DNA from: Octopus sinensis
Lineage: Eukaryota
Assembly: GCF_006345805.1 (NCBI RefSeq)
Contig: NC_043013.1
Coordinates: 25,544,001 to 25,608,000 of the forward strand
Length of the DNA: 64,000 nt
Reading direction: 5' to 3'
Part shown: piece after piece, positions 26,800 to 40,898 of the stretch
Position numbering within the stretch: the stretch's first letter is position 1
How the letters are laid out: every line of letters starts with the position of its first letter
Notes under the pieces: generated by a model
Database searches by the model: none
What the model was told of the DNA's origin: nothing
Seen by the model: the letters and a program-made list of their open reading frames with translations, nothing else
Program-made: the position numbers and the translations under genes

Positions 26800-27657
26800 C
26801 ATCATCATCATCGTTTAACGTCCGCTTTCCATGCTGGCATGGGTTGGGCGATTTGAGTGAGGACTGGTGAACCAGATGGCTGCACCAGGCTCCAATCTGA
26901 TCTGGCAGAATTTCTACAGCTGGATGCCCTTCCTAACGCCAACCACTCCGAGAGTGTAGTCGGTACTTTTACATGCCACCGGCACGAGGGCCAGTCAGGC
27001 AGTACTGGCAACGGCCATGCTCAAATGGTGTTTGTTACGTGCCACTTACACAGGAGCCAGTCCAGCGGCACTGGCAACAACCTCGCTTGAATGTTTTTTC
27101 ACATGCCACTAGCGCAAATGCCAGTAAGGTGATGCATATATATATATATGTATGTATATAAGCACCATGAGCATGGCTGTTGCCAGTACTGCCTGACTGG
27201 CCCTCGTACCAGTGGCACGTAAAAGCACCCACTACACTCTTGGAGTGGTTGATATTAGGAAGGACATCCAGCTGTAGAAACTCTGCCAGATCAGATTCGA
27301 ACCTGGTGCAGCCATCTGGCTTGCCAGTCCTCAGTCAAACCGTCTAACCCATGCCAGCATGGAAAGCGGATGTTAAATGATAATGATATATATATATCTC
27401 ATCATTTAATGCCCACTCGCCATACTGGCATGGGTCAGACAGTCTGACTGCATCTGATAAGCCCCAGAGCTTATCAGATGCAGTTTGATTTGGCATGGTT
27501 TCTGTGGCTGGATACCCTTCCTAAAGCCAATTACTCCAAGAGTGTAATGTGCGTTTTTATGTGCCACCAGCATGAGTGCCATTTGCATGACATCAGCAAC
27601 GGCCATGACTATGATTCACAGGTGCCATTTACATGGCACTGGCAACAACATATCTAC

Positions 27658-27691
<34 letters not shown>

Positions 27692-27911
27692 ATATATATA
27701 TATATATAATATATATATATATATACACACACATATATATATATATATGACAGGCTTCTTTCAGTTTCCATCTAGCAAATACTCTAACAAGGTTTTGGCT
27801 TGCCCAAGGCTATAGAACATACTTGCCCAAGGTGCCATGCAGTGGGTCTAAGCCCGAAACCATGTGGTTGGGAAGCAAGCTTCTTACCACACAGCCACAC
27901 CTACACCTATA

Positions 27912-29070
27912 TGAGTGTTGGTTGAAAAGTTAATAGGCTGACCAAGATACTTTCTTGGAATGTGACGAAATGAGGTTTGTTTTTCAACACAGTCCCCGTT
28001 GCAGTCTGCACACTCCTTCCATCGGTGTTACAGTGGTTGGATGCCATTGGCGAACAACCCTTCATCAACAACAGATATGTCATCTTCACTGTGATACTGG
28101 TTCCTAGCCAAACGATTTTTCATGTTGGGAGTCAGATGATGTAATCAGATATGGACAAATCCGAAGAATAGCAGCCATTGAAACCAAGGGTTTGGGTGCT
28201 GGAACATTGTACTGATGAAATAAGATCCCTTTTGTTTGTTTTCCTGGGCAGTTGATCCTGATAGCCTTTTGTAACTGCCTCAGCAAGTTGGCGAAGCACT
28301 TTCCATTTGAAGACATTCAGAAAACGCAATGCCTTTTGCATTAAAAAAGTACAGGGGCTATCATTTTCCCAGTAGATGAAATGAACTCAGCCTTCTTTAG
28401 AGCAGATGAGGAATGGCATTTCCACTGAATAGATTGTCTCTTTGTCTCTGGTTCAAAGTGATGAGCCCAACACTCATCTTGGGTTAGGAAACATTCAAGG
28501 AAACCAACTGTATTTGCCTCAAATAATGCTAATGTTATCAGCCTGATGCACTTTTGATTAGGTATCAGAAGACACAGTACCCACCAAACAAAAACCTTCC
28601 TTATGCCAAGTTCATTGCACAGAATATTCTCCACTCTCTCATGGGATATGCTTATAGCATTCGCTATTTGATTTATCGTCAGTCACCTGTTATCCATCAC
28701 CATGTAGTGAACACTATGTTTTCCTTGGTGATGTCAGTTGCACGATGTCCAAACTTTGGCTGATCTTCAAGACTCTCCCTTCCACTCCTAAATTCAGCTG
28801 CCCACTTTTTTGCTCAGTTGATAAAGCTGGAATGTTATTCCCTAATATAGCAACTGTGTCAGCCTGAATGTCCTTAGGGGCTAAACCCTTTTTCTGCAGG
28901 GACTTGATAACACTGCAATGCCAAATTTTGTTCCATTTTCAAGAGAAGTTACTACTAGTTACTTTTTGAAGTCTTCTTAATAAGAAGAGGTGAAGTTAAT
29001 GTATGCAAGATTTCACAGCTCTAGCATCACTCATTCATAGCCAGCTTATGAGCTTTTCAGCCCACCCTTG
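27912..29070 (-). mobile_element. Decayed mariner (DD34D-type) transposon
   Basis: Imperfect TIRs with TA flanks; fragments LGIRKVFVWWVLCLL (WVPRLL-like), TQDECWAHHFEPETKRQSIQW and ILFHQYN. Confidence 0.85.
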
Positions 29071-29832
29071 TAGAACATACACGAATACATGTATACACAA
29101 GGACATGAGCATACATATACACATTACCATCTGTACATCTATATATATGCATGTATAGAGGGACACACACACACAAATGTCATCGTTTAACATCCGCTTT
29201 CCATGCTGGCATGGGTTGAACAGTCTGACAGAGGGCTGGCAAGCCAGGGGGCTGCACCAGGCTCCAATCTGATCTGGCAAGATTTCTACAGCTGGATGCC
29301 TTTCCTATATATGTGCATATATATCCTTTCTATTACAGGCACAAGGCCTGAAGTTCTGGGGGAGAGGACTAGTTGATTACATCGACCCCAGAATTTCACT
29401 GGTACTTTATTTATCGACCCCAAAAGGGTGAAAAGCAAAATCGACCTGGGTGGAATTCGAACTCAGAACATTACGATAGGCAAAATACTGCTAAGCATTT
29501 CATCCAGCGTGCTTACGACTCTGCCAACTCACCACCTCAATAAGTGCATATATATATCAATACAATAAATGGTAACACACTGAATAAAGCTGCATGGATA
29601 TGTAACCTTGGATGAACTTATAATGCATTTAAACTGACAGGATGCAATATCTTTGGATACCTATGCAGTAGAAACACAGAGATTTAAATGTATTGTATAA
29701 AATACTGTAACAAGCAAGCTTTTGAGGATGTATAATTCTCCATTCTTTTGCTGCGTGGCAAGTAGATTGCTTCCCAACCACATGGTTCTGGGTTCAGTCC
29801 CACTGCATGGCACCATGGGCCAGTGTCTTCTA

Positions 29833-30049
29833 TTGGGTTGGTGCATAATTATTGTGGATTTTTTTCAACAACTTTTATTCAACAAAATAAATAGCTATAT
29901 TTAACAAAAACAATCTTTAAATGACGTATTTGAAGTAGATGGTGAATATGCTCTGGAATAATGATTTAAAGATGTTTTTGTTACACATTGTTGTTTTTGT
30001 TGAATAAAATTTGTTGGAAAAAAGCCACAATAATTATGCACCAACCCAA
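29833..30049. mobile_element. Mariner-derived MITE inserted at a TA inside a SINE
   Basis: TIR TTGGGTTGGTGCATAATTATTGTGG / CCACAATAATTATGCACCAACCCAA; the host SINE GTGTCTTCTA|CTATAGCC resumes after a duplicated TA. Confidence 0.9.
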
Positions 30050-30265
30050 TACTATAGCCTCGGGCCGACTAAAGCCTTGTGAGTGGATTTGGTAGACGGA
30101 AACTGAAAGATGCCTGTCGTGTGTGTGTGTGTATACATAATATATATATATATATCAGGCCCACTGCCAAATCTGACTGGGCCTGATGAAGCCTTCCAGC
30201 TTCACAGACCCCAGTTAAACCGTCCAACCCATGCTAGCATGGATAACGGACGCTAAATGATGATG

Positions 30266-30301
<36 letters not shown>

Positions 30302-32008
30302 CTGTGTTTGTACCCCTACCATTACTTGACAACTGATGTTGGTGTGTTTACATCTCTAACTTAGCGATGCAGTAAAAGAGATGGATAGAATAAGTGCTGG
30401 GGTCGATTTGTTTGACTAAAGGCAGTGCTCCAGCATGGCCGCAGTCAAATGACTGAAACAAATAAAAGAATATACTTATATGTACACTTGTTCTCACGTG
30501 TGTGTGTGTGTGTATTTATATATCATCATCATCATCGTTTAACGTCCGTTTTCCATGCTAGCATGGGTTGGACAGTTCGACTGGGGTCTGGGAAGCCAGG
30601 AGGCTACACCAGGCTCCAGTCTGGTCTGGTAGTGTTTCTATAGCCGGATGCCCTTCCTAACGCCAACCACTCCATGAGTATAGTTTGTGCTTTTTATGTG
30701 CCACTGGCACAGGTGCCATGGGAGGCTGGCAACGGCCATGATCGGTTGGTGAATTTTACGTGCCACCGGCATGGAAGCCAGTCAAGATGGCACTGGCATT
30801 GGCCACGTTCGGATGGTGCTTTTTACATGCCACCAGCACAGGTATCACATCTTCTCAATGAATCTCACATTACTATATTCGCTGAGGAGGTCTAAAAAGA
30901 CTGAAATATGTCGAGTTGTTGCAGTTGCTGAAGTATTTAAAATTGTATTAGTCATTTAGCTAATACCGTTTCTTCACTGCATAATTATGTCTAATTATAT
31001 TTTTGATGTATATAAATATGTGATGGACTAAACAAAAAATAAATTAGTGAAGTTTGTCATAAGCAAAACATTAGACAATTCAAGTTCTCTGGTTGGGAGA
31101 TTGGAGGAGATATTCTGAAAGATATGTCAAATGCAATTTCATGAATAATAATGATGAGGATAATAACATTTTGAAGAATAATGATAAAAATATTAATCTA
31201 ATATTGCTGTGCTTGAGAAGGCCTGTTGAGTCAAGTGCAGTCGTTGTCGTGGCCAATGCCAGTACAGCCTGCCTAGCACCCGTGCTGGTGGCATGTAAAA
31301 AGCACCATTTGAGTGTGGTCAATGCCAGTGCCACCTGACTGGCTCCCACTCCAGTAACACGTTAAAAGCACCCACTGTGCTCTCGGAATGGTTGGCGTTA
31401 GGAAGGGCACCCAGCTGTAGAAACTTTGCCAGTCGTCAGTCAAACTGTTCAACTCATGCCAGCATGGAAAGCGGATGTCAAACGATGATGAATAAACTCC
31501 AATTTAGGGGCAAGGCCAGCAATTTTAGAGGGTGGGGATGGGTTGATTGCATTGATTCCAGTACTTGACTGATACCTTATTTTATTGGTCCTGGAAACAT
31601 GAACGGTAAAGTTTACTTCAGCAAGATTTGAACTCAGATTATAAAGAGCCAGAATAAACATTGCAGAGCATTTTTTCCAACACTAATAATAATAATAATA
31701 ATTTTAAATTTTGGCACAGGGCCAACAGTTTTTGAAGGAAGGAGGAAGTTGATTACATTGACCCCTGTTCCTATTTTATTGACCCCAAAGCAATGAAAGG
31801 CAAAGTCAACCTCGGCTTCGTCTTTCATAATATCAAAATAGACAGAATGCCATTAGGCATTTTGTCCAGTATGCTAATAATTTTGCTGCCTTTATTATAA
31901 TGATGATGATAATCTATTTCTACTAAAGGCACAAGGCCTCTAGTAGAATAGTAATAACAACAACAACCACATCACTAAAATATTTCGATTCATTTTAAAC
32001 TGTTTTAG

Positions 32009-32121
32009 GAACTAAATCTAGATCTTGTGAAGTTTTCCCGTCCAGCTGTTCTCCATGAAGTTCATGTCGTTCCACTTGGCACCAAAGTTCAGGCTGAAGT
32101 ACCCGGAGGTACTCGTCTTGG
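32009..32121 (+). CDS. VIRMA: VIRMA coding exon 2 (ELNLDLVKFSRPAVLHEVHVVPLGTKVQAEVPGGTRL-G)
   Basis: Acceptor TTTTAG, donor GG|GTATGT, 113 nt, phase 0 to 2. Matches the VIR_N motif D.V.F..V.I.EV.V.P.G. Confidence 0.92.
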
Positions 32122-32733
32122 GTATGTTAGAAAACAATTTCTGTTCTGTGTTACTGTTTCAGATTTAGTTTGTATTCATTAACACCATTGTTTTACATCT
32201 GCTTTCCATGTCAGCATGAACAGGACAATCTGTCATGGTTCAAATCGCTTTTTATTCAAAGCTATTCCCATCGGAGATAGGATGGAAACCCACACTTTTA
32301 TTCTACTTTCCATATTTGTCATGATTTCTTCAGCTGGATGATTTTATTAATACTAATCACTTTAGAGGTTGTACTGGGTGCATTTTATCATGACATCATC
32401 ACTAAAATGGCTGTTGAGTCCTTGGGAAGACTGATGGGTCTTCTCAACCATGTATTGTGTCTTTTCATTGCCAGCTTCTTTACTGAGTGTTCTAGGTGCA
32501 GAATTTTATTGAGCACCATGGCACTAGTGAAGCTGCCTTGCACACAAGTCGAAAGAGATTGCATATATTTGATAGTATCTCCATTTAAAGTGAAAAAAAA
32601 ACCCATTAAAAATATAAAAGATTCTGCTTGATTTGAGCTGATCCTTAGTCACTACATCCCCACTATATTCAAATAATTTTTGTTTTTTCTCCAGATACAT
32701 ACATTACATGCATGCACACACACACACAATCTT

Positions 32734-32767
<34 letters not shown>

Positions 32768-35146
32768 CAACATCATTATCGTTTAACGTCTGCTTTCCAT
32801 GCTAGCATGGGTTGGACGATTTGACTGAAGTCTGGCAAACCAGATGGTCTGCACCAGACTCCAATCTTACCTGGCAGAGTTTCTATAGCTGGATGCCCTT
32901 TCTAACGCCTACCACTCCGAGAGTGTAGTGGGTGCTTTTACATGCCACTGGCATGAGGGCCAGTCAGGCGGTACTGGCAACGGCTACGCTTGAATGTTTT
33001 TTCATGTGCCACCAGCACTAGTGCCAGTAAGGCGATGCAGGTAATGATCATGCTCAAATGGTGTTTTTTATGTGCCATCGGCATGGAGGCCAGCTTCTTG
33101 CTCTGGCAACGATCATGCTCGTATGGTACTGTTAGCGCTCCTATAGCATGGATGCCAGTCATCGAATTTGATTTCGATTTCATTTCCCTCAACAGGTCTT
33201 CGCAAGTAGAGTTTAGTGTCCAATGAAGGAAAGGTATGCATAAGTGGGCTGGTTACACCCCTGGCATAGGCCACAAGGTTATGGTCTCACTTGAGCTTGC
33301 CGAGTCTTCTCAAGCACAGCATATTTCCAAAGGTTCTGGTCACTAGTCATTGCTTCAGTGAGGCCCAATGTTTGAAGGTCATGCTTCACCACCTCATTCC
33401 AGGTCTTCCTGGGTCTACCTCTTCCACAGAGGTGACTAGGCTACCGCTAGGGTGTGGCACTTTTTCACACAGCTATCTACATCCATTCTTGCCACATGGC
33501 CATACCAGCGCAGTCGTCTCTCTTGCACACCACATCTGATGCTTCTTAGGTCCAACTTTTCTCTCAAGGCACTAACACTCTGTCGAGTATGCTCACTGAC
33601 ATTACACATCCATCGGAGCATACTGGCTTCATTCCTTGTAAGCTTATGCATGTCCTCGGCAGTCATGGCACATGTTTCGCTACCATATAGCATGGCTGTT
33701 TGTACACATGCGTCGTACAGGCTACCGTTTACTCTGAGCGAGAGGCCCTTTGTCACTAGCAGAGGTAAGAGTTCTCTGAACTTTGCCCAGGCTATTCTTA
33801 TTCTACACTTTCAGCGCACCCTCCCCCACTACTGACTTGTTCACCTAGGTAACGGAAGCTATCAACTACTTCTAGTTTTTCTCCCTGGAATGTGGCGGAA
33901 GTTGTTCTCTGCACATTTTCAGTGTTATTTATTGCTCCTGAGCATCTGCCACATACAAAAACTATCTTCCCAGTTAGCCTTCCTTTGATAATGCTGCACT
34001 TCTTATGTGTCCATCGCTTATACTGGGTACATCTTATAGAGTTTCTACCTACGCCTTTTCTACAGATTGAGCAGGGCCATCTACCTGAAGGGATTTGAGG
34101 TTTGCCTGCTTTCCAACTTATTAGGACTTTGGTTTTAGCTAGGTTGACTCTAAGGCCCTTCGATTCTAATCCTTGTTTCCACATTTGAAACTTCTCCTCT
34201 AGTTCTGTTAGTGACTCAGCAATTAGAGCAAGGTCACCAGCATAGAGGAGCTCCCAGGGGCAGCCTGTTTTGAATTCCTCTGTTATTGCCTGGAGGTCTA
34301 TGAATAAGAGGGGGCTGGGGACTGAACCTTGGTGGACCCCTACCTCTACCTGGAATCCTTCACTGTACTTGTTGCCAACACTCACCTTAGCATCCCTGTA
34401 CATGGCTTGCACAGCTCTCACTAACCATTCATCTATCCCTAGTTTCCTCATTGACCACCAGATAAGGGATCGGGGGACCCTGTCAAAGGCTTTTCCCATG
34501 TCAACGAAAGCCAGGTACAGAGATTTATCTTTGGTTAGGTATTTCTCCTGCAGCTGTCTTACCAGGAATATAGCATCACTGATGCTTTTACCTGGCATGA
34601 ACCCAAACTGCCTCTCATCTAAACTGACTCTCTCCCTAATTAGTTGGACTATGACCCTCTCTGTGACCTTCATTACCTGATCCAACAACTTGATACCTCT
34701 GTAATTATTTGTATCTAAAGCATCACCTTTACCTTTGTAGCATTTGACTATTATGCTGCTACACCAGTCATTGGGTATGACTCCTTCGTGTATCACCTGG
34801 TTAACTATATGGGTGACTAGGCTATAGCCGACACTGCCAGATATTTTGAGCATCTATGCAGTAATTCCTGATGGGCCTGGGGCTTTCCCTGTCTTCATAC
34901 TCTTAATTGCTTTACCAAGGTACTGTCAACTCGGATAGCTGGTAGCTCTGTTGGGTCGACATTTAGCAAACTCTCTTTCTTCCATTCATTTTCTTTATTG
35001 AGCAACCTTTCATAGTGGCATCTCCAAACCTCTCTCTTTGCAGCCTTATTTAGTGCAAGAGAACCATCATCCATGCAGACAAATTTCTCTCCTACAACAT
35101 CATGATTCTCTCTCACACACTGTCTTGCAACACAAAATACCTCACT
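32768..35146 (-). mobile_element. RTE-clade LINE, 5'-truncated copy in VIRMA intron 2
   Basis: ORFs 33798..34853 and 33436..33756 are close to the 22-25 kb copy; GVHQGSVPSPLLF motif; 3' UTR and tail present. Confidence 0.94.
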
Positions 35147-35384
35147 ATAAATAAAATATATATATGCATATATACATACATATATGTACATACTTACATC
35201 TATATATATATATATGCATATGTGGGCACAGGACATCACGATATGTGTACAACAAAAAAGTACGGAGCATGAGTACATGGAACATGAACTATTCTTTCGA
35301 ACAACAAGACACAAATGGAAAACAAAACAAACAGCATAAAGAACGATCCTCCATCAGTTGTTGGCTGTTTTTCTTGTCTCATAC

Positions 35385-35498
35385 ATACATACATATATAT
35401 ATATATATATGCATGCATGCATGTATGTATGCATGCATGTATGCATGCATGTATGCATGCATGCATGCATGTATGCATATATGCATGCATGTATGTAT

Positions 35499-35535
<37 letters not shown>
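35385..35535. repeat. Compound microsatellite (CATA)n(TA)n(ATGC)n(CA)n, representative of many simple repeats
   Basis: Directly visible; similar tracts at 5200, 7875, 9360, 9680, 11900, 13020, 26730, 27655, 36490, 58150, 58640, 60095. Confidence 0.95.
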
Positions 35536-36528
35536 TGCAAAGAGTTATGTGACGAAGCACAAAAGAGAACAGACTGTCACTAGATCTGTAGAAATGTGAT
35601 CTCAAGATTCTGGATTTATTATAATATTCACTCAGACATAAATTGTTGGGTAGAGAAAGATTTGGAGAAATTAATAGTCCAGAAAGTAATTAATCAAACC
35701 AAGAGTGAATGAAAGTTCATGTCAAGTAGAGACTTGTACAAAGTTGGTAAGGACAGCAGTTACAAATGAAATCAAAGAAGAAGTAAAGCATTGACATTCT
35801 TCAAGTGTACTGAGGTGTGAAACAGCTGAAATGTAGAGAAGAAGAATGAAAAGAAAGATACTTAGAAAAACAACCAATTATATTAACCACATGCTAAAAT
35901 GTGTTCACACAGGATAAATATGTACCCACAACATGCTCTGGTGCCTTTGCATGTGCACATGTGTGAGCCGGTCATTATGTGCACCTACACTATTGCATAC
36001 AAAATATACCCATACATTTGTGCATATACACAATTACATACACGGCTATGCAACTATTCCTCATCCCATCTGTCTGTCTGGCTCCCTTCCTCTCTCCGCC
36101 CATCTATATATATGTGTCAGCATGGAAAGCAGATGTTCAGTGATGATGTACACAAATATATAAATAAATATAAATGTACCGGTGGCATGTAAAAAAAAAC
36201 ACCAAATGAACGTGGCCGATGCCAGTACCCACTGACTAGTCCCCATGCCAATGGCACGTAAAAAGCACTATCTGAACCTGATCGATGCTAGGCCCACCTG
36301 ACTGGCTCCTGTGCTAGTGGAATGTAAAAAGCACCCACTATACATATGAAGTGGTTGGCATTAGGAAGGGCATACAGATTGGAGCCTGGTACAGCTGCTG
36401 GCTCTCTGGTCCTTAGTCAAACTGTCCAACCCATGCCAGCATGGAAAACGGACGTTAAATGATGAATATGATGATGATGTAACATGTATACATATATATC
36501 TATATATGTGTATGTGTATACATATATA

Positions 36529-36565
<37 letters not shown>

Positions 36566-36671
36566 ATGTATGTGTGTGTGTGTATACATATATATATATA
36601 TAATATATATATATATATATGTATACACACCATCATTATGTGGCACCATCACCAGTGCTAATGCATATATA

Positions 36672-36712
<41 letters not shown>

Positions 36713-37547
36713 TTAGCACTGGTGATGGTGCCACATAAAAAGCATCCAGTACACTATAAAGTTGTTGGCATTAGGAAGGGCATCCAACTGTAGAAACTAA
36801 ATCAAAACAGACAATGGAACCTGTTGTGGATCTTTCCAGCTCCTTTGAAACCATCCAATGGATGCCAGGAATGAAAACAGACATTAAATGATGATGGTAT
36901 TGAGGCAATGTGACTTGCAGAAAATGCCAATTCTATTTTTTGGCAGATATTGAAGTTCATTCTGGAATCATTATTTACTGTCTGCTTTCCATGCTGGCAT
37001 GGGTTGGATGGTTTGACTGAGGACTGGCAAGCCAAGAGGCTGCACCAGGCTTGAATCTGTTCTAGCAAGGTTTCTACAGCTGGATGCCCTTCCTAATGCC
37101 AACCACTCTGAGTGTAGTGGGTGCTTTTTATGTTCCACTGGCACTTGCATTGCCCATGCTTGAATGGTGCCTTTTACATGCCACCGGCATGGGTGCCAGT
37201 CAGGCAGCACTGGCATCAACCACGCTTGGATGGTTGCTTTTTATGCACCACTGGCACAAGAGCCAGTCAAGTGGCACTGGCATCAGCCACACTTCAATGG
37301 AACCTTTTTATGTGCCACCGCATGAGTATCAGTCAGGTGACACTGGCATCGGCCATGACAACAATTTCACTTGACTCAACAGGTTTTCTCAAGCATGATA
37401 TCTAATTCCACTGTTAAAAGGTTAAAATATAAAACAGCAGGGTTTGTGTTTTGCATGTAGCCTTTAACCTTTTTCAACTCAACTTGAACACTCCATCCTT
37501 AAAATGATTTATAAAATAATTTATCTGTAATTTTCTTTTACTTTCAG

Positions 37548-37634
37548 AGCAACAAACCCATCATCTTTCAAACTCGAGTTTTTCGTCAATAATCTGCGCA
37601 AACCAAATGCTGCTACATTTGAAAAGTTGGGAAT
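37548..37634 (+). CDS. VIRMA: VIRMA coding exon 3 (G-ATNPSSFKLEFFVNNLRKPNAATFEKLG-M)
   Basis: Polypyrimidine tract plus TTTCAG acceptor, donor AT|GTAAGT, 87 nt, phase 2 to 2. Resembles human GETSPHTFQLDLFFNNVSKPSAPVFDRLG. Confidence 0.93.
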
Positions 37635-38539
37635 GTAAGTGATTTTCCTTCTATTTTTCATGTTATTTCATTCACTTAAAAAAAAAAAAAAAAGAAAAGG
37701 CTATAGGTTCAGGTCTGGCTGTGTGGTAAGAAGTTTACTTCCCAACAATATGCTTCTGGGTTCAATCCTGCTCAGGTCAACCAAGATTGAAAAAAAAACA
37801 CCCATCATATATATCAGCTTAACAGTTTCCAGTCAAACTGCCCAACCCATGCCAGCATGGAAAACAGACGTTAAATGATGATGATGATATATCATAATCA
37901 TCATCTGTTTTCCATGCTGGCATGAGTTGGATGGTTTGACAGGAGTTGGTCAGTTGGAGAGCTGCTTGGGCCCCATGACTGTTTTGGCATGGTTTCTATG
38001 GCTGGATGCCTTTCCTAATATCGAATGAAGCAACCTCTTCAATGCTGTAGTGATTCCACCAGTCTACAACCCTTGGGTGGTTTTTCATTTATTGACCCCA
38101 GAATGATGAAGGACAAAGTTGACCTCAGTAGGAATTGAACTCAGAACACAAAAGAAGCCAAAATAAATACTTCAAAGTATTTTGTCTAATGCTTTCGTAC
38201 TTCTACCACAAAATATTTACTTGCAAATATACAGCATTATCATCATCATCATGAAATGTCACTTGACCATGCTTGCATGGGTCAGATAGAGTTTATTTGA
38301 AGCAAATTTCCTATGGCTGGATGCCCTTGCTGTTGCCAACCCTCACCTGTTTCCAAGCATGGTAATATTTCCCCATGGGTAGGAATGTTTTTCATAGAAA
38401 TAAATCAATAACATTGCATGGATGATAATAATGATGATGATGATCAGTTACTTTATAACCATCACATGATATCAAGACAAGGGCACACATGGAAGGTGGA
38501 CATTAAACAATGATGATAATGATGGTGATATATATATAT

Positions 38540-39900
38540 AATAATATTAGGGAGTATAACTCCAAACTTACAAGGAAAAATTCAATTTAGTATTAAATCA
38601 AATTCCACAATATAAATAATATATAAATTAGAGAAAACCCCCACTATTATGCAATTCAAACAATGATAGACATAAAGCAAATCATAAATAGAAAATGAAA
38701 TATATTTTTATAAAACATATAACTTGATCACAAAATGTATAAAAATGAATAATCAATATATAATAAGTAAAAAACTATGGCTATAATTAAATTCAAATTA
38801 CAATTAAATTTAAATTTAATTGAAAATCAATTCAATTTAAAATTATAGTCACTCTTCAGGTTAACAATAATAGTTAAATAAATAAGCAAATAGAGTTAAA
38901 CAATATTTATTAAAAAATAAAATAATGATTTTTCTTATAGAAGAAACTCCATTAACTAAATTTGAAACTTAAAACATTAGGATCAGTTGCCTACAATACA
39001 TTTATTATGTTAAATATTTAAGGTAAAAAAATAGAGTAAATAGATAGAAAAATGTATTTATCTGTGAAGATATAATTTAGCTTAATAAAAAAACATTAAT
39101 AAACTATAGAATATCTTTAACCTGGTTATACTGTAATATTTAATTACCAAACTATTTTACAAAACAATCACTCTTAATATTATTAGATTTTAGTTCACAT
39201 ATAATAATTATAAAATAATAAATATATAAAAAATAAGTATCTAAATTATAATCAACAAATATAGTAGTTAAAAATATATATTTTTTCTATCAATAAACAT
39301 ATAAACAATAAATAAATTAGTCCATTATTACTTACATAAATATTATAGATATCTTTTGAAAATATTTATGAAATAAAAAATAAGAATAGGAAAATTCCAA
39401 AGTAAAAACGTATAACTTTTTATTAACCCTTTAGTGTTCAGAATACTCTGTTAAATATAATACTTTTTTTCTCAAATTGTTTTGAATTAATCATGCATTA
39501 TCTTATAGCTTTGAGGTTTCAATGATGTGATTGTTTATTTTCAGAATGGCATTGTAGGTTAGGAGTGAGAGGCTAGATATCGCCAGTTTGAATATAAAAC
39601 ATGTAGAATATATTGGGCCAGATTTGGCCGGTTTAAACATTAAAGGGTTAAACGTATAACTTATTATAAAATACTTATTATTACTATTATTATAATAGGA
39701 CTAGAAATATAATAAGAACTTTTATTTAAATTAAAACATTTTAACGATCTAGATCCCAAAGTGACTAACTAATATTCTAAAATGTATGTTCAGGTATAAT
39801 AATTATAAAATAATAATAAAAATTAAATAAATATACATATCTAAATTATCATTAACAAATAAAAAAATTTAAAATTCATATTTAACAATTAATACTTATT
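38540..39900 (-). mobile_element. Extremely AT-rich, probably PLE-derived relic with a nested TTAA MITE (39423-39651)
   Basis: Starts at (TA)n; - strand CTGAAGA (~38852-38858) followed by a long stem-II-like hairpin lacking GAAA; nested TTAACCCTTT...AAAGGGTTAA. Confidence 0.45.
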
Positions 39901-40703
39901 TAGTAAAAATTGTAAAAATTGCAAATAATAATCATGGTTGTGATCCAGCATGACTGCAGCTGCATGGCTGAAACGAGTAAAAAAATAAACGAATAAAATA
40001 TGAGAAATCAGACTAAGTTGAAATTTCATTGATTAATATCTTCTTCTATAGACAACCATACAAACTTGATATATATGTGTATATGAGGGAGAGTCAAACC
40101 TTATACGCACTCTTATTTTTCAATGTCATCATCATCATCATCATTGTTTAATGTCTGCTTTCCATGTTGGAATGGGTTGGACGGTTTGACTGAGGACTGG
40201 TGAGCCAGAAGGCTGCACCAGATTCAATGAGATCTGGCAAAGTTTCTACAGCTGGATGCCCTTTCTAACGCCAACCACTCCGAGAGTGTAGTGGGTGCTT
40301 TTACGTGCCACTGGCATGAGGGTCAGTCAGGCAGTTCTGGCAATGACCATGCAGAAAAGGTGTTTTTTATGTGCTACCTGCATGGGAGCAAGTCCGGCGG
40401 CACTGGTAATGACTACACTCGAATGTTGTTTTTCACGTGCCACCGGCACATGTGCCAGTAAGGCGACACTGGCATTTGAATGCTGCTTTTTCATGCTACC
40501 GGCACGGGAGCCAATCTGTGGCCCTGGCAACGATCACTGTTGGATGTGCTTTTAACATCCACTCACATGAGTGCCAATCAGGCGGTACCGTCATCGGCCA
40601 TGTCAGTGATTTTGATTTGATTTCACTTGCCTCAGTAGGTCTTCAAAAGCAAAGTTTATTGTCCAATGAATGAGGGGTACTCATAAGTGGGCTGGTTACA
40701 CCT

Positions 40704-40898
40704 GAGTGCCAATCAGGCGGTGCATGAGCGCCGATCAAGCGGTGAACGAGTGCCGATCAAGCGGTGAACGAGTGCCGATTAAGTGGTGAACGAGTGCCGA
40801 TCAAGCGGTGCACGAGCGCAGATCAGGTGGTGAACGAGCGCCGATCAGGCGGTGCGCGAGCGCCGATCAGGGGGTACATGAGCGCTGATCAGGCGTTG
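40704..40898. repeat. 22-bp GC-rich minisatellite, ~9 units (GAGYGCCGATCARGCGGTGMAC)
   Basis: Units start at 40704, 40726, 40748 ... 40880. Confidence 0.9.

Noticed and set aside
35164-35605. Overlapping ORFs rich in C/V/Y/I/H/T/M (also near 11.9, 13.0, 36.4, 58.1, 58.6 kb)
   Set aside because: Translations of microsatellites, not genes.
40704-40898. Regular 22-bp repeats (also the 24-bp array at 48627 and the 43641 hairpins) as CRISPR-like arrays
   Set aside because: Eukaryotic context, no cas genes, and units are contiguous or too short and degenerate, without proper unique spacers.
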